Program-made: the position numbers and the translations under genes
Notes under the pieces: model-generated
The model's database searches: none
The model's input: the letters and a program-made list of their open reading frames with translations, nothing else
What the model was told of the DNA's origin: nothing
In this document: positions 1 to 10,871 of the stretch, in pieces
Layout: every line of letters starts with the position of its first letter
Position numbering within the stretch: the stretch's first letter is position 1
Assembly (NCBI RefSeq): GCF_001049895.1
Contig: NZ_CVPE01000006.1
Span: 374,957 to 406,956, forward strand
Length of the DNA: 32,000 bases
From: Rubeoparvulum massiliense
Lineage (GTDB): Bacteria; Bacillota; Bacilli; Rubeoparvulales; Rubeoparvulaceae
Direction: 5' to 3'

Positions 1-2
1 AT

Positions 3-209
3 TCTAATCCCGAACATCCCGACTATCTCACACGGTATGAAGGCATCTTAACGTACCAAGGGCAGAAACCTAAGCGCTTTACTCTCTTTCAACAGAACAA
101 GCAATCTTCAAGAAAACGCTGGCCCATGACTGTTTCCATTGATCAACATCGTGGCCTGGATCTACCTAAGTTTCACTTCTTACAAGGGGTAGGTGAAGAA
201 GATGAGTAA
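3..209 (+). CDS. 3' fragment of an uncharacterised CDS, truncated by the window edge (...SNPEHPDYLTRYEGILTYQGQKPKRFTLFQQNK...VGEEDE*)
   Basis: Open frame 3 from the window edge to TAA at 207-209. It overlaps the ATG of the next gene (ATGAGTAA), an arrangement typical of translational coupling. Confidence 0.5.
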   Translation, partial: SNPEHPDYLTRYEGILTYQGQKPKRFTLFQQNKQSSRKRWPMTVSIDQHRGLDLPKFHFLQGVGEEDE

Positions 210-867
210 AAATCGAATGGATGAGTTAATACAAGGACAATTGTATTCCATCGCCTTAGCTGCACCTTTATTGGAGCTGAACGACCTTACACCAGAAACA
301 GCCTATACGTGGGAACCAACGGATGAGAATGTGAAGCGATGCAAGCATATGCTAAAGTCAGGTTGGAGCATTGAAGATACAGCTACGCTCAAGGAAAGAT
401 TGGAATGGCTCTTGAAGGAGGGTCACAGTAGCTCTTTCATGGAGATTCGTTCCTTCCTCTCCACTTTGTCTGAAGCGGGGCAAGCGGCTTATATCGAGGC
501 ACTTCCGAAGAATACATCGCAACATATTGAATATGAAATCGTTCGAGCATACAATAATAGAATACCCTATGCTGGGATTGCCGCCTGGGATTTTGGACGA
601 TACTCCTACCTGTGTCAAGCAGGGATGCTGGCAGGTTATCTCTCAGAGGGTGAAGGCTGGGACCTCATGAAGAAAGTAGCCATTCTTGCGCAAAAATGTT
701 ATTCTAGTTGGGTTGACTATGGACTCGCCTATTTTGTTGGCCGTTTATTTTGGCTAGAAGAGCTCCATACCGACCACACCAATCGTCATTACACCATGAT
801 CCAAAGCTTATTAATCAATCCCCATAGCTTATGGAGAAGATTAGATTGGAATTTGGTGTTAGAATAA
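202..867 (+). CDS. DUF1266-like protein
   Basis: ORF track 193..867 begins with GTG. The ATG at 202 overlaps the upstream stop and follows GGTGAAGAAG. The protein has the W-D-x-x-R ('AAWDFGRYSYLCQAG') and C-terminal 'NPHSLWRRLDW' patterns I associate with DUF1266. Confidence 0.6.
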   Translation: MSKNRMDELIQGQLYSIALAAPLLELNDLTPETAYTWEPTDENVKRCKHMLKSGWSIEDTATLKERLEWLLKEGHSSSFMEIRSFLSTLSEAGQAAYIEALPKNTSQHIEYEIVRAYNNRIPYAGIAAWDFGRYSYLCQAGMLAGYLSEGEGWDLMKKVAILAQKCYSSWVDYGLAYFVGRLFWLEELHTDHTNRHYTMIQSLLINPHSLWRRLDWNLVLE

Positions 868-913
868 GAGATGAGAATACTTAATTTCAACTAAAGAGGA
901 GCGAAACAATTCG

Positions 914-1849
914 ATGTCAAACAAAGTATTAGTTCTCGGTCACAAAAATCCAGATACCGATTCCATCTGCTCTACCATCGCCTATGCAGCTTTAAAGCAA
1001 AAGCTCGGTATGGATGCAGAGCCCGTTCGTCTTGGTGAGATCAGTAATGAAACACAATTTATCTTGGACTACTTCAAGGTTCCGCTGCCACGCCTTGTTG
1101 AGACTGTCAGCAATGAAGTGAAGCAGGTTATTCTTGTTGATCATAATGAACGACAACAGAGTGTGGACGACTTGGAGCAAGTACAGATCCTTGAAGTGGT
1201 GGATCATCACCGGATCGCCAATTTCGCTACCGCAGAGCCCTTATACTATCGTGCAGAGCCTGTAGGCTGTTCATCAACCATCGTGAACAAGCTGTATAAG
1301 GAGAAGCAAGTCCAAATCGATCCAGCCGTGGCAGGACTCATGCTCTCTGCGATTATTTCTGACACACTGTTATTCAAATCTCCAACATGCACACCTGAAG
1401 ATGAAGCAGCTGCTCGTGAGCTTGCTGCCATTGCCGGTGTAGATCTAGAGAGCTATGGCTTAGCCATGCTTAAAGCAGGGGCCAATGTAAGCAATAAGAC
1501 CATTGAGGAATTAATCAGTCTAGATTCCAAGGAATTCCCCATGGGAAATGCCAAGGTGGTCATCGCTCAAGTGAACACCGTTGACCCTGAAGAGCTTTTT
1601 GCTCGCCAAGGAGAGTTCGAAGCAGCTATTCAACAAGTGATCGCTGATCGCCAATTGGATCTGTTCGTCTATGTTGTAACGGATATTCTGAATAATGACT
1701 CCGTTGTTTTAGTACTGGGCGCAGCTGCTCAGAAAGTGGAAGTTGCATTCGGCGTTCAATTAGATAATCATAAGGCGGTCCTCAAAGGCGTTGTATCACG
1801 AAAAAAACAAATTGTCCCCAATTTAACCCATGCGTTTACAGATAAATAA
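914..1849 (+). CDS. ppaC: Manganese-dependent inorganic pyrophosphatase (family II, DHH)
   Basis: Motifs [26 protein letters not shown], the C-terminal SRKKQIVP, and a length of 311 aa. Confidence 0.95.
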   Translation: MSNKVLVLGHKNPDTDSICSTIAYAALKQKLGMDAEPVRLGEISNETQFILDYFKVPLPRLVETVSNEVKQVILVDHNERQQSVDDLEQVQILEVVDHHRIANFATAEPLYYRAEPVGCSSTIVNKLYKEKQVQIDPAVAGLMLSAIISDTLLFKSPTCTPEDEAAARELAAIAGVDLESYGLAMLKAGANVSNKTIEELISLDSKEFPMGNAKVVIAQVNTVDPEELFARQGEFEAAIQQVIADRQLDLFVYVVTDILNNDSVVLVLGAAAQKVEVAFGVQLDNHKAVLKGVVSRKKQIVPNLTHAFTDK

Positions 1850-1869
1850 GGAGTGGGGCCAGCTTACTT

Positions 1870-2652
1870 ATGTTAAGACATATCACACTACCCAATGCCC
1901 TGACCATTCAATATGAAGTCATCTTTCGGCGGCGTAAAACAGCAGAAATTCGCATTCAACCAGGAGGTACGGTGATGATCACCGTACCTCTACATACATC
2001 TGAAGCCGCCATTACAGAGTTATTCGTTAAGAAGCAACGCTGGATTACAGAAAGACTTGAAGCAATGAAGCAAAGAAGGGAAGCCATGAGCACTCACCAA
2101 TTTATGAGCGGCGAACCCTTTCTTTATCTTGGACAGGTCCTTACTCTTCAGGTTAACATTGATCCCGCTCATAAGCGGAAGAAACCCTATATCACGTTCA
2201 CCGCTGATCACCTTGTCAATGGTCAGTTTATTGTAACCCTTGGGGAAGAAGACCCCATTGCTATCCGTACAGCCTTAGAGCAATGGTATCGCAAGCAGAC
2301 ATTCGACATTGTGAATGAACGGATACAACACTATCAGCCCTTGATCCAACGTCAGCCCAGCCATGTACAAGTGAAGGAGCAGAAGCGGCGTTGGGGAAGC
2401 TGTTCCTCGGCAGGAAAACTGATGTTCAACTGGCGGATCAGCATGGCTCCTCTAGAAATTCTGGACTATATTGTGGTCCATGAAATGTGTCATCTCATCC
2501 ATATGAACCATTCCCACTACTTCTGGCAGCTTGTCGAGAGCATATTACCTGATTATCACCAACAGAATGACTGGTTGAAGGAGCAGGGATGGAGGTTGGA
2601 TTTGGAGCAGTACTTCATAATTTTTCGTGGAAGTAGTTCAATGATATACTAG
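1870..2652 (+). CDS. YgjP-like M48-type metal-dependent hydrolase
   Basis: KRRWGSCSSAGKLMFNWRISMAPLEILDYIVVHEMCHLIHMNHSHYFW contains the characteristic HExxH zinc motif and the upstream RWGSC motif. Confidence 0.85.
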   Translation: MLRHITLPNALTIQYEVIFRRRKTAEIRIQPGGTVMITVPLHTSEAAITELFVKKQRWITERLEAMKQRREAMSTHQFMSGEPFLYLGQVLTLQVNIDPAHKRKKPYITFTADHLVNGQFIVTLGEEDPIAIRTALEQWYRKQTFDIVNERIQHYQPLIQRQPSHVQVKEQKRRWGSCSSAGKLMFNWRISMAPLEILDYIVVHEMCHLIHMNHSHYFWQLVESILPDYHQQNDWLKEQGWRLDLEQYFIIFRGSSSMIY

Positions 2653-2703
2653 ATCATATAGAATCTTACAAGTTCATATACATATGAAGCAGAGGAGTAG
2701 AAG

Positions 2704-3471
2704 ATGAATAGTATAAAACTAGTCTCATGGAATGTAAACGGAATTCGAGCCTGTGTGAAGAAAGGTTTTTTAGATTATTTTCAGGAAGTCAATGCAGATA
2801 TCTTCTGCATCCAAGAATCAAAACTACAAGCTGGGCAAATTGAGTTAGATTTGCAAGGCTATCATCAATATTGGAACTATGCGATTAAGAAGGGGTACTC
2901 TGGCACAGCTGTATTTACAAAGCATGAGCCGTTATCTGTTTCTTATGGAGTGGGAGAGGCTAATGAAGAACCTGAGGGTAGAATTATCACCCTAGAATTT
3001 GATCAGTTTTATCTTGTAAATGTTTATACGCCCAACTCACAACGGGATCTAGCCCGATTAAACTATCGTTTAGTATGGGAGGATAAACTACGAAGCTATC
3101 TTCAAGATCTAGATAACATAAAGCCCGTAATCTATTGTGGCGATCTCAATGTGGCCCATCAAGAAATTGATATCAAAAATGCCAAGGCCAATATTGGTAA
3201 CTCCGGCTTTACCTATGAAGAGCGGGAAAAAATGACCACATTGCTTAATTCAGGATTTGTTGATACCTTTCGTACCCTTTATCCTGAACGGACCGATGCC
3301 TATTCGTGGTGGTCCTATATGAATAAAGCAAGAGACCGGAATATCGGCTGGCGCATCGACTACTTCATTGTTTCACAGCGATTGAAAGAAAAAATCGACG
3401 AAGCAGAGATTCACGCCCATGTCCAAGGCAGTGACCATTGTCCAGTTCAACTAGAAATTGCATTATCATAG
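2704..3471 (+). CDS. exoA: Exodeoxyribonuclease III / AP endonuclease
   Basis: LVSWNVNGIRA, IFCIQESKLQ, YCGDLNVAHQEIDI, WRIDYFIVS and GSDHCPV motifs. Confidence 0.95.
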   Translation: MNSIKLVSWNVNGIRACVKKGFLDYFQEVNADIFCIQESKLQAGQIELDLQGYHQYWNYAIKKGYSGTAVFTKHEPLSVSYGVGEANEEPEGRIITLEFDQFYLVNVYTPNSQRDLARLNYRLVWEDKLRSYLQDLDNIKPVIYCGDLNVAHQEIDIKNAKANIGNSGFTYEEREKMTTLLNSGFVDTFRTLYPERTDAYSWWSYMNKARDRNIGWRIDYFIVSQRLKEKIDEAEIHAHVQGSDHCPVQLEIALS

Positions 3472-3575
3472 GTGGTGAATATATATGATCAATCGTTGGA
3501 GAAGAGAGTTGAAACAAAAGGGAATGTAAATGAGTGTCTCTTCTCTTACAAACGTTAGATAGCTTCATGTTGGAA

Positions 3576-3618
3576 AAACAAATCTACCCTTTTACATAGG
3601 GCGGATTTGTTTTTTTTA
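3576..3618 (+). terminator. Rho-independent terminator downstream of exoA
   Basis: AAACAAATCTACCC-ttttacata-GGGCGGATTTG followed by TTTTTTTTATT; near-perfect inverted repeat with a U-tract. Confidence 0.85.
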
Positions 3619-3830
3619 TTTCCCAAACTACTTTTTCCATAGCTCGTGAAAGACGATATTATGCTTAATCATCATCGTATATCCAATGATCAAAATTAGA
3701 ATTGAATGGGGTTGGATGGGTTGTTCATCCATCCATTAACCCAAAGGGAATTTTTCTATCAAAAGAATCCAACAATAGAGATGATACGGATTGCATTTGA
3801 TTACGCGAACTTTGGATAGGGGAGAAGGGC

Positions 3831-4430
3831 ATGGATACATTAAGGTCTTGGCTAGATCAATATGATTATTTCATATTGTTTTTCACCTTGATGACGGAGC
3901 TAATCATACTGACATTGCCTGGTGAATTACTAATGAGCTATGCAGGATTTCTTGTCTCAGAAGGGAAGCTAAATTGGTTAGTGAGTATTCTTGTAGCCGG
4001 ACTGGGCAGTTCCATTGGAATAACTTTTACATACCTCATTGGATTTCACTATGGAGCTCCTTTTTTAAAGAAGCATGGACAGCGAGTTCATTTGGGTCCA
4101 GATAAGTTTGAGAAAGCATCACAATGGTTTGAAAAGCAGGGCAATAAAGTCTTACTCATCACTTATTTTATTCCTGGCGTTCGACATATCAGCGGATACT
4201 TTTCTGGAATAACCAAAATTCCATATCGCATTTTTGCAATCTATGCATATACTGGAGCGCTAATCTGGACATCTACCTTTATCACAATAGGAAAGTTCTT
4301 AGGCCCGAAGTGGGAGGAGTTTCATGCTTCCGTCAAGAAATATCTACTCATCGGTGGTATCATAATAGCTATCATTATGACAGTAATTTACCTCATTAGA
4401 ACTCAAAAAGAGAAAATCCATAATCGATGA
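3831..4430 (+). CDS. DedA / SNARE-associated (VTT) family membrane protein
   Basis: Multiple hydrophobic segments, PGELLMSYAGFLVSEG, and GNKVLLITYFIPGVRHISGYFSGITKIPYRIFAIYAYTGALIWT. Confidence 0.85.
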   Translation: MDTLRSWLDQYDYFILFFTLMTELIILTLPGELLMSYAGFLVSEGKLNWLVSILVAGLGSSIGITFTYLIGFHYGAPFLKKHGQRVHLGPDKFEKASQWFEKQGNKVLLITYFIPGVRHISGYFSGITKIPYRIFAIYAYTGALIWTSTFITIGKFLGPKWEEFHASVKKYLLIGGIIIAIIMTVIYLIRTQKEKIHNR

Positions 4431-4478
4431 TTTTACACGCTTTGATTAAAATATCATGTCATTGGATGGCGATCTTAA

Positions 4479-5323
4479 ATGAAAATCTCAAAAACAACAT
4501 TTAATAAGACCAGCTCATGGCTGAAAAGAAATGCTCGCTCATTGGAAGTGGCAAGATGGGAGTATATGTGCGAAGGCGCTTCTCGTGACAGAGTAATTCA
4601 TTATCTCTCTGCTTTTCAAAACAAGGATGGGGGATTTGGGCATGGTATCGAACCTGATTATTGGCTACCAGAATCATCGGCAATTGCCACGTGGACAGCA
4701 GGGAAGATCTTGCTGGAAATCGAGGCTGAAACCGACCGCATGCCCCATGGTGGCATTGGAGCGAAGAAGTTCAGGAGAACTGGATGTTTAATCCAGGTGT
4801 AGAGTTAGCAGCCTACCTTGTTCATTGGTCACCAGTTCATAGCGAAGCATCCCAACTCGGATGGAAAGCGATTGAAAAAGCAATTGATCATCTTATGAGT
4901 CAAAGTGAAATGGGTCAGCATGAAATCAATAATTATCAGCAGATGGTTAAGCTAATGAAATTACGTGAAAGTGAATTTAATCATCAGATCCAGTATTCCT
5001 TAAATCAAGTTTTAGAAAAAGTCATTCTACTTGCAGAGCAATGTGTTGATCGAGATGTTTCATCATGGTCAACAGGGTATAAAGCTTTACCTTTAGACTT
5101 TGTTGATAGCCCTGAAGACCCTCTTTGTAACCAATTCGGTCATCTAGTTGAACAAAACTTAGATTTCTATATTCATCAATTATCTCAAGAAGGAACTTGG
5201 GACATTTCATGGAGCTGGGACAGCTATCCAGAGGAATTTGCAGTAGCCAGAAGAGACTGGAAGGGGATACTTGCAGTAAGACGGTATAAAATACTCAAAT
5301 CATTTGGTTATTTAGAATATTGA
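4479..5323 (+). pseudogene. Decayed gene with a terpenoid-cyclase/prenyltransferase-fold-like sequence, split by an apparent internal deletion and frame change
   Basis: ORF 4479..4802 carries 'SAFQNKDGGFGHGIEPDYWLPESSAIATWTAGKILLEIEAE'. From about 4736 the other frame reads PHAPWWHWSEEVQENWMFNPGVELAAYL and continues as ORF 4784..5323, so both halves look coding but in different frames. Confidence 0.75.
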
Positions 5324-5442
5324 ACCACTATACTATCAATTATCGATTATTGTACATAATGTTTATTATGGTGTAATATGGTTTCTAGGTATAGTATAAA
5401 GGAGAAGTAGAGAGCATTATAGATGCGAAAGGTGGCGTATAT

Positions 5443-5760
5443 ATGCCGATACTTTTGATTGGATTAAGCTTTATGGGCTTATTTGTTTTATCGATAGTGA
5501 TTTATCTTATAAAAACATGGAAAGTAGCAGGTCATCCAAATAGAGGCCTTAACATCGTTATTTTTGCTTTTAGCTTAATAGCTCTGATAATCTCTTTGAA
5601 GCTGTTTTGGAATATGGGTGTGTATGCAGATGAATATAATGCATCACTAATTCATGTGTCTGGTGGAATGTTTTGGCTTTATATGAATTGGCTTAGATTA
5701 GGTTTGCTTTTTATTATCTTTGTATTTTCAGGCGTACAATTAGTTAGCCGTTCAAGATAG
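5443..5760 (+). CDS. Small multi-pass membrane protein of unknown function
   Basis: 105 aa with about three predicted hydrophobic helices. No recognised family. Confidence 0.5.
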   Translation: MPILLIGLSFMGLFVLSIVIYLIKTWKVAGHPNRGLNIVIFAFSLIALIISLKLFWNMGVYADEYNASLIHVSGGMFWLYMNWLRLGLLFIIFVFSGVQLVSRSR

Positions 5761-5995
5761 CAATTGTTGTAGGAAACTTAGCGATACAGAGGTTACATTA
5801 TACCAATTATCAAGGGGAAAGTCGTAAGTTTGTGTAATTTGTAGGGTACCTGTCACGTTCAGTTCTATCTTGCTAAATGATTCTATTGGTTTACATTATA
5901 AAGGTCAATTTTTATATATCTACCAAAGATAATGGTAGACAACGAAAAAGTGCCCGACAGGGCTAATTTGTAATTTGCGAAGGAGTATGATTTAA

Positions 5996-6577
5996 ATGAA
6001 AAATGAAATATTACTATTACTCACAGACAAATGGTGCGATTGGGAAGCAAGCTATGCTGTTGCTGTTGCTAATGCCTTTTCTGATTATATGGTAAAAACA
6101 ATTTCAGTTGATACGAATCCTAAAATTTCAATGGGAAACCTATGTACAAGTGTTGATTATAGCATTACCAATTTTGATAATTATTCTAATGTTGCAATGG
6201 TTATTTTGCCGGGTGGACTTTCTTGGGAAGAAAATGATTATGACGAAATTGCAGAGTTTATAAAGAATATTACACAAAATCATATTCCTGTTGCCGCCAT
6301 TTGCGGTGCAACTACATTTTTATGTAAACACGGCTTTTTAGATACCGTTAAACATACAGGGGATAGCTTGGAATTATTCCAAAGTCAAAAAGGATATAAT
6401 GGACAGTCTCTGTATATTCCAGCCCAAGTTGTTGTTGATGGCGGCTTTATTACTGCCAACGAAACTGCTGCTGTGGAATTTGCGTATGAAATTTTCAAAA
6501 TTTTAAAATTGGATAGTGAAGATGAATTAGCACAGTGGTATGATAATTTTAACAATGGTGCAATACGGAGATTATGA
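5996..6577 (+). CDS. DJ-1/PfpI family protein (type 1 glutamine amidotransferase-like)
   Basis: VAMVILPGGLSWEEND, IPVAAICGATTFLCKHGFLD (nucleophilic Cys elbow), and GFITANETAAVEFAYEI. RBS AAGGAG is upstream. Confidence 0.9.
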   Translation: MKNEILLLLTDKWCDWEASYAVAVANAFSDYMVKTISVDTNPKISMGNLCTSVDYSITNFDNYSNVAMVILPGGLSWEENDYDEIAEFIKNITQNHIPVAAICGATTFLCKHGFLDTVKHTGDSLELFQSQKGYNGQSLYIPAQVVVDGGFITANETAAVEFAYEIFKILKLDSEDELAQWYDNFNNGAIRRL

Positions 6578-6594
6578 GCATTCGCTTGATATGA

Positions 6595-6783
6595 GCCTTT
6601 GCAAGGAGGTTAGAAATTTCTCGAAACACAGTGTATAAGTTCTTGGGAAGGCGCAGGAAGCTTGATCGATACCAAGAAGATCACCACATTGTCTATTGGT
6701 TAAGGGAACATCCTCGTATGTACAGTGCAACAGATAAGCTTTCCATGGGACAGCAAGCCCAAGTCGATTGGAATGAAGAATAA
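6595..6783 (+). pseudogene. Degraded IS21-family istA-type transposase fragment
   Basis: The frame reads FARRLEISRNTVYKFLGRRRKLDRYQEDHHIVYWLREHPRMYSATDKLSMGQQAQVDWNEE*. This is an HTH followed directly by an 'xGQQAQVDW' motif typical of IS21 IstA, with the intervening sequence missing. Confidence 0.65.
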
Positions 6784-6802
6784 ATACATGAATTAGTTTA
6801 AA

Positions 6803-6826
6803 GTCCGTTCTCATTCGAGGGCGGAC
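6803..6826 (+). repeat. Hairpin 3' of the istA remnant
   Basis: GTCCGTTCTC-ATTC-GAGGGCGGAC, a 10-bp stem with two G:U pairs, followed by ATTTTC. Confidence 0.5.
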
Positions 6827-6878
6827 ATTTTCGCAATAGAGAATGAATGGGGACCGCATCGATTCTTTTTCTTTTTCT

Positions 6879-6986
<108 letters not shown>

Positions 6987-7553
6987 AAAAAATCAATAAT
7001 TTTCACATGATTACACGATCGGTTATTATTTATTAATTATATCATACTTTCTTTTCGGTTTCGAACTCATTATTTATCCTGGAGTTTCTTTTCCCATTCG
7101 CTTTTTATACGCCTATAATATTTTTTACCCTGAGTCTCTTGAATATAATTTTGTTTTTTTATCTACATACCATTTACATACATGTAAAACCAGATTATAA
7201 CTTTTTGCTATTTTTGATTGTAAAAACGGCCTGTTAAAATCACTTGTGTTGAATTTATGGATAATCCCTAATGCAATTTATCGTGTTCGTATATAAAATC
7301 GCTTAGAGATGATTTTGGAGCTTCTCAATTGAAATGGCGATTTTTACTATTATTTTGGGGTTGCACTAGCATCTTGACCTGTTTATTCTGATTGGGGTCC
7401 TACCAACAAAAAGCGCAAAACATACGCTAAGCAAATTTCGACACAAAGAATGTCGATGTTTCCTACGTTAAGGAAGTATCGGCTTTTATTGTTATTTGAA
7501 ATATAATGTTTGATCATTGCTGTGATCCTTATGCCATAAAAGCACCCTTTTAT

Positions 7554-8570
7554 TTAATAAAGTATCGAAGTATCGTCTGCCCCCCGAATCATGTCCGTAA
7601 TGACAACATAAATATTTGGTGGATATTCAGCTATCCTATGGGTGAGATATAAGTACCATTCCACCCCATAGGTGAGATAAACCCGGACTGGTAGTCCGTC
7701 ATTTTTGAGTTGTTTACAAAGTTCAGGACGAATACCATATAACATTTCTGCTTCCACATATGGATTTTGCAAATAACCACGCTCAATAATTTGTTTATAG
7801 ATAGCGTAATCATGGGAAGCAACTGAAACTTGGTGCCCAGCACTAACACATAGGGCTACTAATTCAAGATAACGTTGGTCCAATTCCTCCGAACGAGGAA
7901 TACAAATATCCGATGGTTCTTGGTATGCTCCCTTAACAATTCGGATTGCTCCAGGATAGCTAAGTAATTCCTTAATGTCTTCGATTGTTCGATGTAGATG
8001 GGCTTGAAGCGTAATCCCTACATTGGAATATTCCGAAGCAACTTTTTTGTATACGGTAAGTATTTGATCCGTTTTAGCTGATTCCTCCATACTAATCATG
8101 AGAGAAAGGTCATATGATTCAGCCTCTTTCGCCATTTCTAATAAGTTTTGATAAGCAAGATCCGGCTCAACAGATAAACCAATATGAGATAAATCAAAGG
8201 AAATACGAGAACTAATTTCATGTTTCTTACATTCTTTTATCAACGCTATAAATTCATCTTTGGCTCGAATACACTCCTCTATATTGGTTGTATTTTCTCC
8301 GATGAATTCCAAAGAAACACGATATCCCTTATGTATAAGTTGATCACCGAGGGATACCCCATTTTCCTTCGATTCACCAGTTACAAACCGTTTAGCTGCA
8401 CTTTGAAATAACGGATAAAGTTCAGGTGACTTTTGAACGTACTCCTTTATTTCTAGATTTCGAGCAATGGATTTCAATGCGTCTGCGAATTGTTTTTCAA
8501 CCGATGGATTATTCACTCTTTTCCTCACCCCACTGAATTTACTGAAATTTTTAAATTCCCCTGTTTTCAT
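7554..8570 (-). CDS. Proline dehydrogenase family protein
   Basis: GAIRIVKGAYQEP, HQVSVASHDYAIYKQI, and EMLYGIRPELCKQLKNDGLPVRVYLTYGVEWYLYLTHRIAE. Confidence 0.9.
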   Translation of the reverse strand: MKTGEFKNFSKFSGVRKRVNNPSVEKQFADALKSIARNLEIKEYVQKSPELYPLFQSAAKRFVTGESKENGVSLGDQLIHKGYRVSLEFIGENTTNIEECIRAKDEFIALIKECKKHEISSRISFDLSHIGLSVEPDLAYQNLLEMAKEAESYDLSLMISMEESAKTDQILTVYKKVASEYSNVGITLQAHLHRTIEDIKELLSYPGAIRIVKGAYQEPSDICIPRSEELDQRYLELVALCVSAGHQVSVASHDYAIYKQIIERGYLQNPYVEAEMLYGIRPELCKQLKNDGLPVRVYLTYGVEWYLYLTHRIAEYPPNIYVVITDMIRGADDTSILY

Positions 8571-9052
8571 TCTATCTAACTTTCAAACTTATTGCCCAAC
8601 AATCGTGCCCGTTTGCGGTATATTCAACTTTCTACGCATGAGTTGCTTATAGAAAAGGACGGTAAACCAGAAAATAGCCCATTAAGGATATTACAATAAT
8701 AGTTGCTGAATAAATCAGTCTATTATTTGCCTTTCACCACTATTCCTGAATGTTTTCTTTTAAAGCCCTCATATCTCCCTGTTAACTCTTTAAAATAATT
8801 TGAATCAAATAATAAAACGTCTTTTTAGCTGGATGAAAGCAAACATCATAAAAGCATATAAAATGCTAAGTACATTTAATCGGATGAAATACTTCATATG
8901 TAAAGCTCCTATCAATTCAATTTTAGTGACATGTACACGAGAATTGCTCTATTTGGTTACTTTTCATATCTTAGTTAACATAATTATATTATGGTATAGT
9001 AAAAATCAACTCTTCGACTATGACACCTTCTTGGAACAAGCAACAACCACAA

Positions 9053-10288
9053 TTAAGATAACTCCAAAGACTTTTTATAACCAACTCGACCCTTTTCAAG
9101 GAAAATGAACAAACCACCTAGAAAAATCTCGATGCTCCCTCCTACGATGATAACCAGACGTGGTGACCATAGATCTGCCAAGATACTTGCAGTTGCATAA
9201 CCTAAAGGCAAGAGCACGAATGAAGCGATCATATCGAGACTAAAGATTCGTCCAAGATAATCTAAAGAAACCCTCGTCTGAATAAGTGTTTGCTTTAATG
9301 TGAAGGTGCACGCCCCTAAGCCCACAAAGAAGCCTCCCAGGACAAATAAGTACAATGGCTGAGAAAGCCCCATGAGTAATGCACCTAAGCCAAAGCTGAT
9401 AGATAAGGAAAAAATGAATTTCATGGATATTTTTCTCGCTGGTATGCGAAGAATTGCAGAATTTGAAAGAACCGTGCCAATCCCTTGCATGGCCATCACA
9501 CCGCCGATTATGGCTGGAGATAATTCCTCCATTCCAACGATGACAGGTATTAAGATTGTAATTGGTCCTAAAACCAGTACATTGATGGCAGAAGAAATAA
9601 GGAATAAATCCCGTAACCATGGTGTTTGAAAAGCTAATCGTAACCCGTTCATCACATCAGATAAGAGCTTCTTCTCTTGATGTTTTCTTCTAGTTTGGGT
9701 AACACGTATCGGTGTAAAGATCATCGCCACGACTGCAATCCAAAATGAAAGCGCATTGAAGAGAAATGCGCCCATTGCGCCCAACCAGGTTAGTAAACCT
9801 GCTCCGATTGAAGGACCGATCACCCTTGTAATACTATTGGTTATACTGATTAATCCATTGGCTGCTGTGATGTCATGTTCATGAAGTGCCTCTGGTATAA
9901 TGGCCCGATAAGCTGGTAAATGGAAAGCACTCACGATACCTAACACAATACTAATGAGATACATCATCTCAATGGATAACTGCTCCACCATCAAAGCAAC
10001 AACAAGTAGCATTGTTACAAGTCCTGCGATGATATCGGTTATCAGAATAATGTTTTTCCGTGAGAATCGATCAACTACCGCCCCACCAAACACTAGTGTA
10101 AGCAATTGTGCGATAGTGAAACAGCTCAAGACTGTACCCACACTGAGTGGCGAACCGGTGATGAGATAGACGGTATATCCTAGAGCTACATCATAGACCA
10201 GATTTCCTAGCCTTGATACGGTTTGCCCTAACCAAAGCAGGATGAATGCACGATTATGGATGATTGATTGATTTTTCTGTTTTCGCAT
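9053..10288 (-). CDS. MFS transporter (DHA3-like)
   Basis: 411 aa with about 12 TM segments and the motif 'VVDRFSRKNIILITDIIAG'. Confidence 0.85.
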   Translation of the reverse strand: MRKQKNQSIIHNRAFILLWLGQTVSRLGNLVYDVALGYTVYLITGSPLSVGTVLSCFTIAQLLTLVFGGAVVDRFSRKNIILITDIIAGLVTMLLVVALMVEQLSIEMMYLISIVLGIVSAFHLPAYRAIIPEALHEHDITAANGLISITNSITRVIGPSIGAGLLTWLGAMGAFLFNALSFWIAVVAMIFTPIRVTQTRRKHQEKKLLSDVMNGLRLAFQTPWLRDLFLISSAINVLVLGPITILIPVIVGMEELSPAIIGGVMAMQGIGTVLSNSAILRIPARKISMKFIFSLSISFGLGALLMGLSQPLYLFVLGGFFVGLGACTFTLKQTLIQTRVSLDYLGRIFSLDMIASFVLLPLGYATASILADLWSPRLVIIVGGSIEIFLGGLFIFLEKGRVGYKKSLELS

Positions 10289-10502
10289 AAAACACCTTCG
10301 TTACTTATGATCAATATATTTTTTAGAAAGAAATTGTGTAGTTTACATAATATTTTTATGGTAATCTTTGTTGTATCAGTAAGGATAGAAATTTCTGTTT
10401 ATTAATTCTCAAATTTTAATAAGTAGTCTGTTTAGTCTCTTACGCTTATTTAAATTTTACTGGTCCACCAAATTCCTCTATGACAACGGCTTTCATTTCG
10501 CA

Positions 10503-10724
10503 TCATTTCTTCTCAATCTCGCCATTATTCATTGTCTCAATTTTGTTTTGAGGTGCTGGGTAAAGCTTCAGATGTTTTAGAAGGATGTTAAGCTTATGAT
10601 TGATGGTTAATAACAATGCTAGTGCAAGTACTGGAGCAACATAAATTATCGCTACGCTAGAATCCGTGATACCTGATATTAAGACTGCGATGGCGATAAC
10701 AATAACCGCATATAAGAAGACCAT
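10503..10724 (-). CDS. Small hydrophobic protein of unknown function
   Basis: 73-aa ORF with two TM segments and GAGGGAGTGATGAACC upstream. Confidence 0.4.
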   Translation of the reverse strand: MVFLYAVIVIAIAVLISGITDSSVAIIYVAPVLALALLLTINHKLNILLKHLKLYPAPQNKIETMNNGEIEKK

Positions 10725-10871
10725 AGGTTCATCACTCCCTCTTGTAACTATCTAAACATCAATAGAACATTCAGCTTATGATTGATCAAAAACATCAATC
10801 ACAATCAAATTCCATGTAATAACATCATAACATAAATACCATTTTATTCTATAATATATAGGTTTTACTCA

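Noticed and set aside
3690-3765. Imperfect inverted repeat GGGTTGGATGG...CCATCCATTAACCC upstream of the DedA gene
   Set aside because: Short, bulged and without a U-tract or conserved element. It could be a weak structure, but there is not enough to support a regulatory claim.
6572-6859. 95-aa minus-strand ORF in the IS remnant area
   Set aside because: It runs antisense to the recognisable istA-like frame and has no protein family signal.
8800-9108. 102-aa plus-strand ORF overlapping the 3' end of the 9053..10288 MFS gene
   Set aside because: Low-complexity AT-rich translation, no recognised family, and overlap with a confident antisense gene. Not supportable as a CDS.
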